DNA of 64,000 nucleotides from contig NC_045714.1 of the NCBI RefSeq assembly GCF_009834535.1, positions 42,408,001 through 42,472,000 on the forward strand, in the 5' to 3' direction. This stretch comes from Camelus ferus (taxonomy: Eukaryota). Shown in pieces: positions 24,115 through 38,099 of this stretch. The notes beneath the pieces were generated by a model that saw nothing but the letters and a program-made list of their open reading frames with translations, did no database searches and was not told the origin of the DNA. Made by a program: the position numbers and the translations under genes. Numbering within the stretch: the stretch's first letter is position 1; every line of letters starts with the position of its first letter.

Positions 24115-24328
24115 GAAGAAATAGATGGGATTTCAAAATTGTAGAATAGATAAACAAGATTATACTGTATAGCACAGGGAAATATACACAAGATCTTCTG
24201 GTAGCTCACAGAGAAAAAAATGTGACAATGAACATATATATGTTCATGTATGACTGAAAAATTGTGCTCTACACTGGAATTTGACACAACATTGTAAAAT
24301 GATTATAAATCGATAAAAAATTTTTTTA
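24115..24328 (+). mobile_element. Young 5'-truncated L1 3' end with a perfect 16-bp TSD
   Basis: gaatagataaacaagattatactgtatagcacagggaaatat...ttgacacaacattgtaaaatgattataaatcgataaaaaa. TSD AAAGATAATTATTTTG at 24099-24114 and 24329-24344. Confidence 0.93.
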
Positions 24329-26904
24329 AAAGATAATTATTTTGATCAACTAGAGACTGGTACAAGTAATAATATCCAAAATTCAGTGCAGCACTAAAGA
24401 TACTTCACAACTCTTTAGGCATCCCATCCGGGTACGTGTGTGTGTGCCTGAGCACACACATACACACGTACTCACACACCAGTGATTTTCTATACCCTAA
24501 AAATGAGATTTTCCCCCAATCTACATCTGTCCAGCTGCAACAGAGCTTCCTAAAGTCCATAATATGGCGCTCCAGCTATGTACAAACTATGCAGTTGAAT
24601 GACTTCCTATAAAGGCAAGGTCACCCACCTACCACTAAGGGCAAACAAGTACATCTCCTGGGGAGGCAGTCACTGAACATTAGTATAAAGTCATCCATGG
24701 TCACTGGGAGTCAAAGACACACGAGAGGAATCGTGTTCTCTGATCTCCAACCCAGATGCTGCTCAGAACACAGCTTCTCTTAGGGACACTTCATGGAAAG
24801 TCATAGAAAAAGATGGGAAAGAGTGAGGAGAGAGGTAAAAGGGACAAACTTTATTCTCTATACTTGTGTATTTTCTGACTGTTATGAGTTTGTGAATTAC
24901 TTATAGAAATCTAAAAAGAAAAAAAAAGGAAAGGTTATTACACGAAAACCTCCATTTCTCAAACCTTTGAAATAGAAAAGAGTTTCCCCAAAGAAATAAG
25001 AAAATTGTACTTGGTTCACAATGTTACAATTACCGAATAAGGAAAGTTGATTACAGAACTACTTCAAAAGGAACACAGCTGTTGATAAATGAATTCATAA
25101 ACATTTACTTGGTACTTAGCAGGCACCAAGCATCCTGCCATCCTAGACTCTCTCAGACCACTCACTTTCTATTGCTGACCTTCTCTCCTCCAACTGCTTC
25201 AAGTCCCACCTTCCATGGCAACAGTCCCCAAAGCCGCCTTTCTCCCAACTATGGAGCCAGCTGCCCAGCAGTTATCTGCTCTCGGATGGCCCATTGCCTT
25301 CCAGGTTCAATGTGTCTCAAGCCAGAGTCGCTGTCTTCCCCAGACCTGATCCATTTCCTCTATTTCACGTTTGACTCCAACTTTAGAGCCACTAATTCAT
25401 AAACTTGAAATCTCCATTGATGGTAGTTTTGCTCCATGCTACCATATCTTACACAATTCATGCACCATGGACACTTAATAAATATTAGCTAATTGAATAT
25501 ATGGTTAAAACTGTATGCTATAATGGTTAATTACAAATTTAGAAAGCCAACAAGATCTTGGAATATTTCTCTAGCCAATGCCAAAGTTTACTGGAAGGGC
25601 TAAAACTGGAGGTCCACAGGCAGAAACTGGACTGTGGAAGCTAAGTCTTAGCCAAACACTGTATTTACAGATAGGGCCCAAAAGCTTCCCATAGGTAACT
25701 ACCACTCCTGTCTTAGACAAATTCCCATCTTTCTAGTATATGCCCATGACCTCTGGTCTATAGTTAAACATTCTCCATCACCAGAGGTGTTGGGTATAGG
25801 CTGAGGGCATTTTTGCACTGTGTCACCACCCTAAATTATCTTTAAAGCCCCTGTGAATTTCAGGACTCTACAATTATGTTGATTTACATATGTTACTTAT
25901 GTATGTATTTTGCAATTATTTAACATTAAGGTGTTAAAATTGAATAAACACAAATATTTGGAAAGTTTTAAGAAATCAACACACTTTTTAGACATGCTAA
26001 CTAATGGACCCTAACAAATATTCTTGGGTACATAACCATTTTTAATTATCACCAGGCCACTGGTGAATGATAACTTAGTTTCAATAGTGTTATTTAATGT
26101 AACTGTGCTTCCTATTTCAAGTTCATAAATGAGTGGCTGCAAAGTCACAGTCAAGCAGAGAAGAAATAAAGGAGCTCCTTGTTTTACTCCAAATTTGTAT
26201 TTAAAGGGCTGGTTACATCATTGCACAGATACAGATTGGTGTCTCCCTCATTACATCTCATTCTACTCATAAAGAAGGAATCTGTCTTCCTTTGGGCAAT
26301 GTATCATGGATGTGATCTTGTACCAATGAAAGTATTGGATATATGGATATAGCTACAAAAAATTCCAAAATCTGCACGTTTTTCCTTTCAGCAGTTTTAA
26401 CAATGTCATTTAGCACTGTCACATTTTTTACACAATCCAAGATGGTGAAAGCTTTTTGCCCCCTAGATTACAAATGCCACAGGGAAATGTTCTTACTTGT
26501 TCACTGCTATAAATAACCCTAGTGTCCAGCAGTAGGTGACAAATAGCAGGCAGTCAATGAAAGTTTGTTGAATAAATAAATGTAATTATGTAAGTATTCA
26601 TCTTCATCCTAGTAGTAATTTTAGCAAAAAAAAAAAAAACCTATAGATTAAAAATTAGTAAAAAGAAGTCCAAATACATTTTGAGGCAAAGGAAACACTG
26701 GAATAAGTAAGGGGGCTTCAATATGACCGGTTTGAAAGGAAAGCACTCATATGTTTGATAAAGTTCTGTTGTGGTTGTTGGAAAATCTACTAAATCTGTG
26801 TTCACAATATTGAATGTTAATAAGCTACTAAAACTCCATAGCCTTCCTTTAAAAAGACTGTTAAGTCTAAAAAGAAGTAAAGGATAAACAGCAGTTTGCC
26901 TTGC

Positions 26905-27075
26905 TGAATGCTGATCACATATCGGGTACTGTGTGTGTGGCACCTTACACATTTCATCTAATCCTCATCAACACTCTATGGAACGGATGCTCCTTGCCTC
27001 CGTGTTACCGACGAGGAATCAGAAACAGAGAGGCCAAGGGACCTGCCTTAGGTCACACAGTGGCAACGCAAGGTT
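26905..27075 (-). mobile_element. MIR SINE
   Basis: catttcatctaatcctcatcaacactctat...aatcagaaacagagaggccaagggacctgccttaggtcacacag. Confidence 0.7.
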
Positions 27076-28529
27076 TTCAATCCAGACTATTCCTCTTAAC
27101 CACCTGGCTACCCTGGCAGAGTCAATGTTTCTCTGATCGTAAAATCACCAGGGCTGCTATGAGGTCCAATGAGAACATGGAAAAGTGATTACAGGCACTC
27201 AGTAAATATTAGCTACCATTTCCTTTCCTGTGTCTCCTCTCCCACTTTCTGCACCTAGGAACCTCCCATCCTGGCTCCTTGGGCAATGCTCCCTAAGTTG
27301 TAATTAGGTAAGATAGGCAGAGACCTGATAATTTTCTTCCTCCCTGCCTACAAATTTGGGGAGCTTTTGGATATTTTAAATAATTTGTGGTATTATTTAA
27401 TGCAGTCCACTGAAAAAGTAAAGACATGTTACAAATATTTGGGGAGGTTAAATACACTGCCTCAGGTCACACAGTAAGTGGGACAACTGAGATTTGAACC
27501 CAGGCTTCTTTTTCCCCCTGAAAAGGGGAGTCACATAACCTCAAGCTGACTTACCCACATGAAAAGGGGAAGATAAGAGAATAGAATTCACACAGAACTT
27601 TAAGAATATGTGGAGGTAGATGAGAAATGCTGCCAGAGAAAGGCAAATCCAGAACAATACAAATGACTTTACTGAAGGAGGGTTACAGCAATGTCTGTAA
27701 GTAGGTGTTATACTAAACCCAGTTAGTACAGGTTTAGAAAGGTTGGCTGGGTCAATTTTTAAGATCTCTTCTAACCAAAGATGCAATAATTATGACAGAA
27801 TGACTACATTTTTCTTTGTTAATAAGTTAGCAAGCACAGAGCATAAGCACTAAATGAAATCAGGGGTAATATGAAAACAATAAAAGATAGATTAGAAAAT
27901 ATATCTTTCAAACCTACAATAAGTTTTATATGGGCCATCAGCTAAAGCATGAAGTAAAAAAAACATTTTTGTGCAATAAGGAAAATTTTAGTAAACTGAG
28001 TATTAGATGATACTAAAGAATTTATTGCTATTTTTAGGTATGTTAGTGGCACTATAGTTATAGGTCTTTTGAAGCACTATTACTCAAACATTGTTAATAC
28101 ATTCAAGTCATTAGTTTTCAGCCTGGATTGAATATGGGCATTACTGCTTATTTTTCACTGAAAATAAAGCAGTCTAATTATTATCAATTTCAAGGCTTTA
28201 GTATTGTTGTTGTTGTCTTTCTCCTATGATTGGGGTTTCCTAATTTAATGTCTAGTTACAGGATTCAACTTTTGGGACATGTTTGGAAGACACTGTCTTT
28301 AGTATAGTATTTGGGAGTCAAAATTATCTAAACATATTAATCAATAGTGGTGAAGTAATCAACTCATGGAGACTAATAACTTTTTTAAATAGAGTTAGTC
28401 AAATTCTATTTTATGTATCTAGGATGAAAACTTACCTATATTTACTTAAAACTTCAGACATACCATAAAAGTTTTAATTATGCACCAGAATAGGTTTAGA
28501 ATATTTAATAAAGGACAAGTTGGAGATTA

Positions 28530-28930
28530 ACACTGAATTTATCCAGAAAAGTCTATAGCTTGGTGCTGGTAACGCTGTGTGTCTTGATCTGGGTGCTGAT
28601 TATATAGGTCCATTCAGTTTGTAAAAATTCACCAGCCTCTACACTTATGTTCATTTTTCTTTATGTATATTATACTTCAATAAAAAGTTTTACCAAATTT
28701 CTGTTAAGTTATATACTGAGTATTACAGATGAAATGACAGAACATTTGGAATTTGCTTTAAAAGATCAGAAGATGGGGTGGGGGGGCAAGGGGAAAACCC
28801 TGTATGGTAGTAGGTAGGAAAGAGAATGAAGAGGGATGGGAAATAAATGAAATAAGATTAGAAAGATGTTGATATTGTTGAGGTTATGTGATGAGTTCAT
28901 GGAGGTCCATAATACATATTTGAAAATTAC
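28530..28930 (+). mobile_element. Old L1M 3' end fragments
   Basis: cttgatctgggtgctgattatataggt...tatattatacttcaataaaaagttt; ttgttgaggttatgtgatgagttcatggagg. Confidence 0.6.
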
Positions 28931-30069
28931 TGTAATAAAAAACTGTTAAAGGGAAAACATAATTGCTGCTACCACTGTGCTTGCATTTAAGCAGCTGAAA
29001 GAACAGAGAGACATCTGATTGACCTTGGAAAACCACCAAGGAAAGGGAGGAAATTAATGAGTGAACTACAGCAACAACGTGTCTCTCCTTATGTCTCCCC
29101 ATATGTTCAAATGATGAACTTGGGGCTTAAGGGCTTTGAGAGCACAGGGAGAGAGGATTTTTTTGATATTCCGTGGGCAGCATACCTTCCAGGGTGGTAG
29201 CCATACCTACTATATTCAAAATAGGCAAAGGTGGCCTACCCAGGTAAAATTTTGGAGCTGTATGGCTCTGTGAGAACGTGTGTGCGTTGTGATAACTGCA
29301 CCAACCAGGCTATACACTGCCATGACTAAGGCACTGGGTAGAGTGAGTGGGGTGCACTTTGAAAGTGACTCTGATATCCTCTCACCTTGAGAACACTGCA
29401 CCCCAGAGGCCTGCTCAGGGAAGGAGAATGACAGTCAGTTTCTAAGCCCGAACTCTGAGCTCAGAAGGCCCCTGCCCCTAGAGCTGCAGAATGATTCAAA
29501 GCAAAACTTCGCTTTCAAGAACTTTAATCAAATCATGGCTTTGAGGGACTAGCTCATCTCACAGAGGTTAGGAATCCCTAATGCAGAGACACACCCTACT
29601 GACCAGGTCACAATAAATTCTACACAATAAGCAAATATAAACGCTTTGTTCTCTAAATTTTGACATAATAATTATCCCTTAAAGTGACCAAAAAAGTCTT
29701 GATCACAGTGTTACCTGCCTTGTAAAGGGCAGAAGAAAAGTACCTGTCCCCTAAACTAAGAGATTAAAAGCTTGCAGAAAAGGGGGATCAGGTGCTCATG
29801 ACCTCCCCACCCGGGGTTCTAGAGCTCACTTGCTAATATACCACTGAAACGCTGCCAGCTACATGAGTATCTTTCAGCTTAGGAATGTAACTTCAACAAT
29901 GCACCCATTTTCTCCAAATTCCAATAGGGTAAAAAAAATCTGGATGCTCCATAATACTTCGTATAAAAGAATTTTATCAGGAACCCTGTATTTTATAACC
30001 AATTTTTAACAAGCTAAGTACCCATTTAGTTTCTCTTTGGGTAACTTTCTGGTATATGAAAGTATACCA

Positions 30070-31400
30070 TATTAATAATAATTTTTTAAATGCTCAGTTT
30101 ACATGAGCACTTTATCAAATGTCCAGATGACAAGCAACTTGAAAAAATGCCAAATGTGTTGGATAACAGCTTGTCAGGCTGGAATAAAGGGTCCCACCAA
30201 ACATGCACAGAGAGGTACACACGAGTTGGAAGTGGCCAAAACAGCACCAGTCTCGTTTTCTTCATTTATTTAGTGAGGTAGGAAGATGAACCTGAGTATG
30301 GGGTCAAGCACCTGCACCAGATAGTATCTGCTGAGGGCTCTGATGGGCACAGCACAACTATCCAAATATTGAAGGAATTTTTTCTCATGAACAACTCTTC
30401 CCCAAAACTGGGCCTTGCTACTCAAAGTATGACCTAAGAGACCTGCAGCATCAGCATCCCCTGGCAACTTGTTACAAAGACAGAATCTCAGGCTGCACCC
30501 AGGCCTACTGAATCAGAACACATTTTAACCAAATCCCCAGGTAATCTGTATGCACATCACAGTTTGAAAAAGCATGGGATTAGGGGATTACTGTCAATTT
30601 GGAGGGACATTTCCACAGAGCTCCTCAGTGGGCCTCCTCTGTTTCGCACTTTGAATGCTGAAGAGCCCTCATCAAATCCCAAGTGACACTAATCCAGAAG
30701 GAAACACTCAACTGCACAAGCACCTCTTGGAAGAGGCTAGGCTTGACAGCAGATCACGTGAAAAGAAATAAGCAACCAGGATCTGCTAAAGAAAAAGAAA
30801 AACGAATAATTGACTGTATTACTGCAAATCAGACCACTTGTGGAGAACGGGCTGCAGATCTAGTCACATATACTAACAGAGTGGCTGACAGCAAACTGTG
30901 GCCACAGACAATGGTGAGAACCTGACTGGAGGGAAAGGGATCTGGCGAGTCTCTCATGAGGAATGGCTGAGCTGGAGGACATTAAATCCAAAGAAGAGGC
31001 AACTAAGTGGGGACACGGTGGTTGTATTCACACATTTGAAGGACTGTCTCAAGACATTTCATCCTTCAAATGTGTTTTTGAGCATCTGCTATGTGCCAGG
31101 CACTACGCCAGGAGCTAAGGACAGACAGCGAAAACCAGAACTGCTCTCTGACTTTCTGAAGTTTCCTGACCAGTGGAAGAAATGTGTCTGTTGTTCCAGA
31201 AAACAGAGTAGTGGCAGATGGAAGGCAAGTGGACGAACAAGAGCACTAGACAAGGAAGCCCCTCTGGTCAGAGGGCTCCAGCTTTGTAAAGGGGTGCACA
31301 GATGGAAGCGGCCAGGCTGCCCAGGGCTGAGCAGAACGGGTTGGAGAGGGGATACATGCCTCCCAAAGAGCAGTCCAGGGGACTCCCAGGCCAATGCTAA
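30070..31400 (+). mobile_element. L3/CR1 remnant, interrupted by MER5A and a short L2 piece
   Basis: aaatcagaccacttgtggagaac..., catgaggaatggctgagctggaggacatt...aagaagaggcaactaagtggggacac..., ggtcagagggctccagc...gatggaagcggcc follow the L3 RT C-terminus and 3' region. Confidence 0.7.
30413..30577. mobile_element. MER5A hAT MITE
   Basis: gctactcaaagtatg...cagcatcagcatcccctggcaacttgtt...agaatctcaggctgcacccaggcctactgaatcagaac...gcacatcacagtttgaaaaagca. Confidence 0.85.
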
Positions 31401-32689
31401 TATTCCAGGGTTGCAAGATAACCAGGGCCAATATCATTAATCAAATACAAGATTTGTTCAGAATTACGCTATATTCAATTTAGCCAAGAACAAATTTTTT
31501 AAAACTTAATCACAACTTAGGGTTTCAGCTAAATTTTGAATGTAAATATAAATGGTGTCTAATTTCTCTTTTAGCAGTAATTTTTTAAACCTAGGATTTA
31601 ATAAAAACCCACATTAACATTTTAAGCAACAACTCTGCTTAATGACTCATTTTAATTGTTATCTTGCTTCTCTCAGCAATCTCTAAAACTACTATATTTA
31701 ATGTTCCTTGATATACCTTCAGAGTATACATCCCACTTCTGAGAAGTTACCCGAAAAAAATAAAAACTCCTTTCCCTCTGCCAGAAAGAACAAAAGAGGG
31801 AGGGGGTGTGGAAACTAGACGCACAAAGATTCAAATGAATGAAGTTTATAGAGAAAAATAATAAATAAACCACTTAAATGTTCAACAAAACCACCAATCT
31901 TTTTTATGGCACAAAGCAGGGTAAATAAACCTTCTCCTACTTGTTGGATGTTATTTAAGGTAAACTGATAAACCATTATAAATAATCATGAAGGTTATAT
32001 AGCAATATGGAAAAATGCTCATAATGATGAGAAAACAATGTAAACTTTCACAATTCTAGCCATGTAAAATTTATGTATGCATATAATAAAAACTAGAAAA
32101 AAACTGAAGTTTATTTTCTAGGCTGTTAGGATTCTTTTTTATTTAGAAATTCTATTTCACTGTTGATTATTCAATAAATAATTTTACAATGATGTATCAG
32201 GAACCAAAATAATTTTAACTCTTAAGTATAATAATTTGTACATTAACAAGAAATGAAATCACGAAGGTGACACATAGCTTGATCTTAATGTTCAATTGGC
32301 TCTTTGTCTTTTATAAAGTTATTTTTCATAAACACCAAAAATAAAGATAATGAGATTCATGTTATGAAAAGTGCTTAACATTTGTGGAAAGTAAAAAGGA
32401 CTTTGTACAGCAGCCGCCCATGAACTTTGGGTAAAAGCAAAGCTAAATTTCTGGATTTTATTTTGCTTTTCACCTTATTTGATCTCAGTTAACATCATTC
32501 ATGCCAAGTTGAGTTTTTTTCCTCCTCTTTCCCCTTCTCTTCAAGTTCATAGATGTGAAGGGAAAAAAAATACACAGCAGCTCTTTTATAGTCCGCCCAG
32601 TTCCCCAGCAATGCCGTGAACTGTGGCTTTCTGGAATGGGCTCAGAGAGACAGATGTGAGGACTATCTGGCTACCTTCTGTCACCACAG

Positions 32690-32825
32690 GGGTCACCAGG
32701 ACTGAGCTGACTAAGGCCAGGAGATCTGGGTTTAAGTTTTCCACATCTAGAACATGGAAATCCTTCTACTTATCGCATAAGGTGACTGGGTTATGAGAAA
32801 CCCCTAGCACATGGTGATGCTCAAG
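32690..32825 (+). mobile_element. MIR SINE fragment
   Basis: ggagatctgggtttaag...aacatggaaatcc...gcacatggtgatgctcaagaaatg. Confidence 0.5.
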
Positions 32826-34479
32826 AAATGTTTATCTTACTCTTTTTTCCCCACCTTCCATTCCACCTACACACACATGCACACATGCTCTATCCACTAT
32901 GAAATATCTCCCTATTGCTCCCCAGATGCACTCCCCGCCCTTCTCTACCTTGCTCCTGCCCCAGCAGGCTGCTCTTCAGGGATCACATCAACAGGCCCCT
33001 GTGCCCTATGACTTCTATTGGAGACTGTCCAATGCTGAGTCCCAGAAAGAGGTCAGGGGAAGGGAACGGGGTGGGGAGGGGGACGAGGAAAGGGTGAGGT
33101 TAGGGAATTCAAGTGTTCCACTTCAGCTGGCTGTATCCCTCAATCAAAAGTCACTGCTCCTCTCACGGTGGCCTCTTCTAAATGACAATCTCTTCTGGTT
33201 TCTGATAACCACTCCATCCACCTGTCCCACTGCAGCTAGTGGCGGTGTTAGTTCCACCATTACCATAACTCTGGCTTCCTGCTCTGTCCCTTGAGATTTC
33301 CTCTACATCCCACCCACACCTCTTTAAATTAACTCTCCCATAATTATGTTAAATTGAGAACACCAAATTTCCTGTTGGGACTCTGACCAAGTCCTACCCA
33401 CAGCATTCCATCTACAGCATTTTTACCTTGAATCACAGGGAGAATGGGCAGTTCTAGAGTTCATCTCAGGCTGAGATGCACATACAGGCAGAACCTGATG
33501 ATTCTAAGATACCAGACCAGCAAGACTAGCCTGTGCTCCCCCAACAGGCCTGAAGTGGTCCTACAACTGAGCCACTCTCCTCAGACCACAGGGGAATTAA
33601 CATCCGTTCCTAAACCCTTGGGGCCCTGTGAACTAGGGGAGAGGTTCTGGGCAGACCTATATTTTAATTCCTCAGTGCAGGCTCAGTTAAAAAAAATCCC
33701 AGTTTTACACCAAGTTAAAAATGGTGTCCAATTCACCAATTTCTTAGGGAAGGAGGGTAGGGAGAAACACCACGCTCTCAAAGTCCCATCCTTCCAACTG
33801 TACCCCTGTCTTAAGTGTGGAGCTGGGAAATAGGGCACAAGAACTGACTCTCCAACACCAAAAGGGTTATTTTAACCTCTGAAAGAGTAGGAGAGGAACA
33901 TGGAGTAACAAACTCCCTGCTACCCTCATACATTTCTCTCCCTCCCAACTCCCAGGAAAAGAGGACACTGAGGATCACAGAGGGTAAGTGTGTAAGGCAG
34001 AGCCAGAACTGACCCAGGTATCAGATACCTGTATTCAGTCCTGGTTGCCAGTCCAACTTTAACTACAACAGCCATACTGCCCAATTTTGTCAGTGCTAGC
34101 CAGTTGCCCAAATGCAGATCAAAGGTTTAGTCCTAGCCCACCATAATGGCATTAGACTTTTACTGATAAGATGAACTCACAGGATCAGAAGTGGTCCTGG
34201 TCATCCCAAGACTAAACAACTCATAGAGGTTTAATTTCTTTTTTCTTGGGCCTGGAGACATGGAACTAAGGACCTCAGTTTTCCTGTCAGCACCCACCAT
34301 GTGCAGAGCACTCTTCTAGGTGCCCTGGTGAGTTGCAAAGAACCATCCAATTCTTTCTTTTAAAAATTTTCCCTTTAATTAGGAAGACCAGAGAGCTAAA
34401 CAGGAGGCACAAGGGAAGGGAGCTGTACACAGACCCTTACCCAGCAGAAAGGTGTCAGAGAAGCAGAGAAGGTGTCTGG

Positions 34480-34690
34480 CTGAGTAAGAGCTCAAGGTCT
34501 AGGTCACACTACCACATGTGAAACATGGAGCAAGTCCAACCTTTCTGAGGCTCCATTTCTTCATCATTAAAATGAGGTCAATAACTGTATCTACTATTAA
34601 TGATATCATTATTAACTAGAGTTGCTGTGAGTATTAAACTAAACGATATGTTAACAATCCTTGGCACGGTACCCGGCATGCTGTGAGGGC
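34480..34690 (+). mobile_element. MIR SINE
   Basis: ctttctgaggctccatttcttcatcattaaaatgagg...gttgctgtgagtattaaac...cttggcacggtacccggcatg. Confidence 0.7.
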
Positions 34691-34929
34691 ACAGTCAACG
34701 CCAGCCTTTTTTATCAGACCCAGCTGAATTTGCTTAAGTCTCCTCTGGCTAGAAATCAAATTCTGCAGTCTCACGGCATTTTACCTGCACCCTACAACTT
34801 AAAAGCCTTTGTTTTCTTTCAAGGGAAAGTATATTACAGTGTTATCAAATGTAACAAAATGCTTTACTGTTAAGTAAGACCACTGAGATAAAAAATATTC
34901 TGTTAAATAGACATTTTAGAACCTCCACT

Positions 34930-35330
34930 CAGGCAAAGGTTCCATGGAGGTGGGTTTCAGCTGAGAGTAAGTTCAACAAGAGGCTGAGCCACAGAAAAAG
35001 CTAACAAAACCCTGGGACGCTCTACTGGGATCACAATATGTAGAAGAAGGAAGGAGGCTACATCTGAGGAACCAGGAATCCATAGTCTCTAGAGAAGGCG
35101 ATGAAAGGGAAGGTGGTGGCTGTCTGCAAGTACTTCAGGGGGTGACTATGCTGTATGTGGTAGAAAAGACTCACTAAGTAAATCCAAAGGGTCAAAGACT
35201 AGCTTCCTGTGAGGAAGAATGTGCTCAGGCTGACAGAGAGGCACCCATGTAAGAAGGGGAGTTGGCATCTCACCAGTGGGCACACTGGAAAACCCCATGT
35301 CCCTTCCTGTGTGAGAGTCTGTAATCCTCA
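34930..35330 (+). mobile_element. L3/CR1 remnant
   Basis: agtctctagagaaggcgatgaaagggaagg...tggctgtctgcaagtacttcaggggg resembles the CR1 RT C-terminal region. Confidence 0.5.
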
Positions 35331-36479
35331 TGTCTTGTTTGGACACCAGAAATAAACAAGTGGGAATCAACAGAGTGGGGCTCATGTTTCCAGGCATTTC
35401 TCACCTTGATAACAAACCCTAGAGAGAGTAACATGGGGGCTCAAACTTAGTCCACTAGCACACATATTTAGGCAGTCTTATTCCATTTGAGAGACATCTA
35501 TAGTTTAAAATAAAGAACAACCTCAGAGTGTTCTTTTTCTTAGAAAATTATCAGCCCAACACTACATCTAAAAGGCACAAATACAACCTGCAGCATGATT
35601 TAAATAATGAAGCTAAGTGTTTCACTTAGTTAAAGGCATCTCTGCTTTTGCTGTTGGGCTCAGAAAACAAAACGCTGAAAAAAAAAAATCAAGAAAGATT
35701 CTAAAAATCAAGCCACTGGGAAGAAAGTGGCTCAACATTTTATTTTCTTTGTTCTACCTGCCAAAAAAGATAAAGTGGGTTTGGAGCTGAGAGTAAGACA
35801 AAAAGAAAGAATTCAAAAGGGTAGAAAAAGACATTTGAAAGAGAAGCATGAGAGTTTAGTGACATTAACCACCCAGACCCTTACTGAAATTCCAGATGTG
35901 TGACCTGAATACCTAAGTGCACACTTCGCTGTTTCTACCCATCTCTTCTTCTTCATTCCTGCTTAGCCGGAGGAAAGGATATAAAGGCAGAAGCTCATCT
36001 TTCATTGGGCCCATTTGCTGCCTTCGAAGGCAGTCAGGACTGAGTCGAGGAGAATGCTAGTGCTCACCACTGTGGAGGCAGTGGTAATGTCAAACCCAGA
36101 ATTGTGGAATCACAAAATACGAGGAACGTGTAACGAGCTTAGGGGTGGGAGCAGGAAGTGGAGATCCAAGTTACCAGGCAATGGTAGCAGGTCTTTGGAA
36201 GCTCTTCTGAAGTGATTCATATTCTTTAATTCTCAGGGTTTTTTCCTTTCAGAAGATGGAGACAATTACAAATTCTTTTGAGTTGAATGAATTCCTTCTG
36301 TTCACAGAAGACATTATACCAGAATTCATAGCCTTCAGACCCAGTGAGAAACGAATGTTCTGCTAAAGGACATACAATCAGGTGCAGGTACCTTCATTAT
36401 AAAGCATGCTTCCACCTGAACAGGAGAAAGCAATCTTTGTCCTAGATTACAGGGTATTTCATTGTAATCCTATCTTTCA

Positions 36480-36990
36480 GCACTATTAGACTGGGGAGGC
36501 AAATAAGGAAGCAGGGTGCTAAGTGCTCCCATATCCACTTTATGCTCCAGGAGAAATGGAAAAAGAGAAGGAGCAGCACCTAATTCAGCCTAAGGGGTCA
36601 GGGCAGGCTTCCTAGAGGAGAGGGCACCTGAGATGATGCTGGAAAGGCAAGTAGGCATTGTCCTGATGATATGGGGAGGGCTCTTTTTATTCCGAGAGGC
36701 ACAGAGGAATCCAGGAGCAAGGTCAGGACCCTGGGTAATGCTACCATTTCAGAACTGCCTAAGGACCTGGGAACTACAAAGGGGCTGGAGAGACAGAGGG
36801 CTAAGGAGACTTTCAAGGCAGGGATGGCTCACAGTGTGACCGAATGCACGTCAAGCCAGGCAAGGGTCAAAGGCCCGGACTTGGCTAATCATAAAGGGTC
36901 TCGAGTGCCCTTTGCCCGAGACACTGCAGGGAAGTGGCAGTGACAGAGGCCTGAGCACAGAGGGTTGAGCTGAGGAGGTAAGGAAGTAGA
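36480..36990 (-). mobile_element. L2 fragment
   Basis: gagcagcacctaattcagcctaaggggtcagggcaggcttcctagaggagagggcacctgag... Confidence 0.7.
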
Positions 36991-37049
36991 GACTGTGGAT
37001 CAGGCTACTGGCCGGAAGCCTGGCTGACAACAAGGAGGGAGCTAACAGG

Positions 37050-37620
37050 AAATATAAGATCAAGTTTTCTTTGCCATCCTGAACCTCTGCTCTGAGCTCC
37101 AGATCCATTTCTGTCTTGAATTCCTCCTCTTCCCTCACCCACTGCATCTGATATACCCTGTGGCCTCCCTTCCACCCATTCTCCATACAACAGCCAGAGT
37201 GGTCTTCTTAAACTATAAAGTGGACCATCTCGGCCCCGACTCAAAGCGTGCAGTGGGTTCCTGCTGCCTCTAGAATAGAATCTTCCCTCCTTGCCACGGC
37301 CTGTACGTCCTCGGGTGAGCTGGGTCCTGCTTCCCTCTCCAGACTCTTCTCACACATCTTTCAGTCCCCAAACCCTCTAAGCACTTTTCTGCCTTAGGAT
37401 CTTTGCTCAGGTTGCTCCCTCTGCCTGGAAAGTTCCTCTCTTGCCCTCCCTCCTCCAACCAAAGCCAAAGGGGGAATCACTTTGAAAGGATCAGCCACCA
37501 CAGAGGTCTCTCTCCCCGACACCCAGGGGTTCATCTTAAGCCAACTTCAGAGTCTAGGTTCTCCAACCCTTCATCTGGGATATTGCCTGGATCTCACCAC
37601 CAAGAGCTTTGACATCAAAA
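37050..37620 (+). mobile_element. L2 fragment (opposite orientation to its neighbour)
   Basis: ccattctccatacaacagccagagtggtcttcttaaac...ctttgctcaggttgctccctctgcctggaa. Confidence 0.7.
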
Positions 37621-38099
37621 AAAACTCAAGTCCTAGCTAATTTCTCTGCTGCCTATTAATTATGTGGCTCTTGTCAAGGCACCACCTCACCAGAAAAAGA
37701 TAAATAGGGTCTGCCTCCCCAGTTGTTAGGACGCTCATCTCAGAAAGTGTGTAGACACCTCAGTTCTCACCCACCTATCTCCCCTGACCCAGGGCCTCTC
37801 TCCTATCTTGGTGGGACTCGTCTTCACCAGGAACCAGTCCTGAGCCCCTCAGCCGTTCCCAAGCTCTGTCCACTGAGGCAGGAGGAGTGGCCTCTCTATC
37901 CTGTCCTAGGCTCCACAGGTCCTGCCTCATGCTTCTCAGCCCCTCCACCATCCTGCGCACACTAGATCCCACACACCCCAGATTCATCTCCCAACCAGTA
38001 CCACCTCCCCTCAACCATCTCTCCTTTGGCCTTAGTCGCTAACTCCCACCCTAGGCCTGCTGCCTAAAAGCCTCCCAATCATGTACTCTCTTTTCCCCA

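Noticed and set aside
27549-27600. Perfect minus-strand GTAAGT donor at 27554
   Set aside because: Only a weak nearby acceptor and a ~45-nt unit; such pseudo-exons are common in long introns.
30898-31440. 180-aa ORF
   Set aside because: It runs through decayed L3 and L2 sequence and has no coherent protein features.
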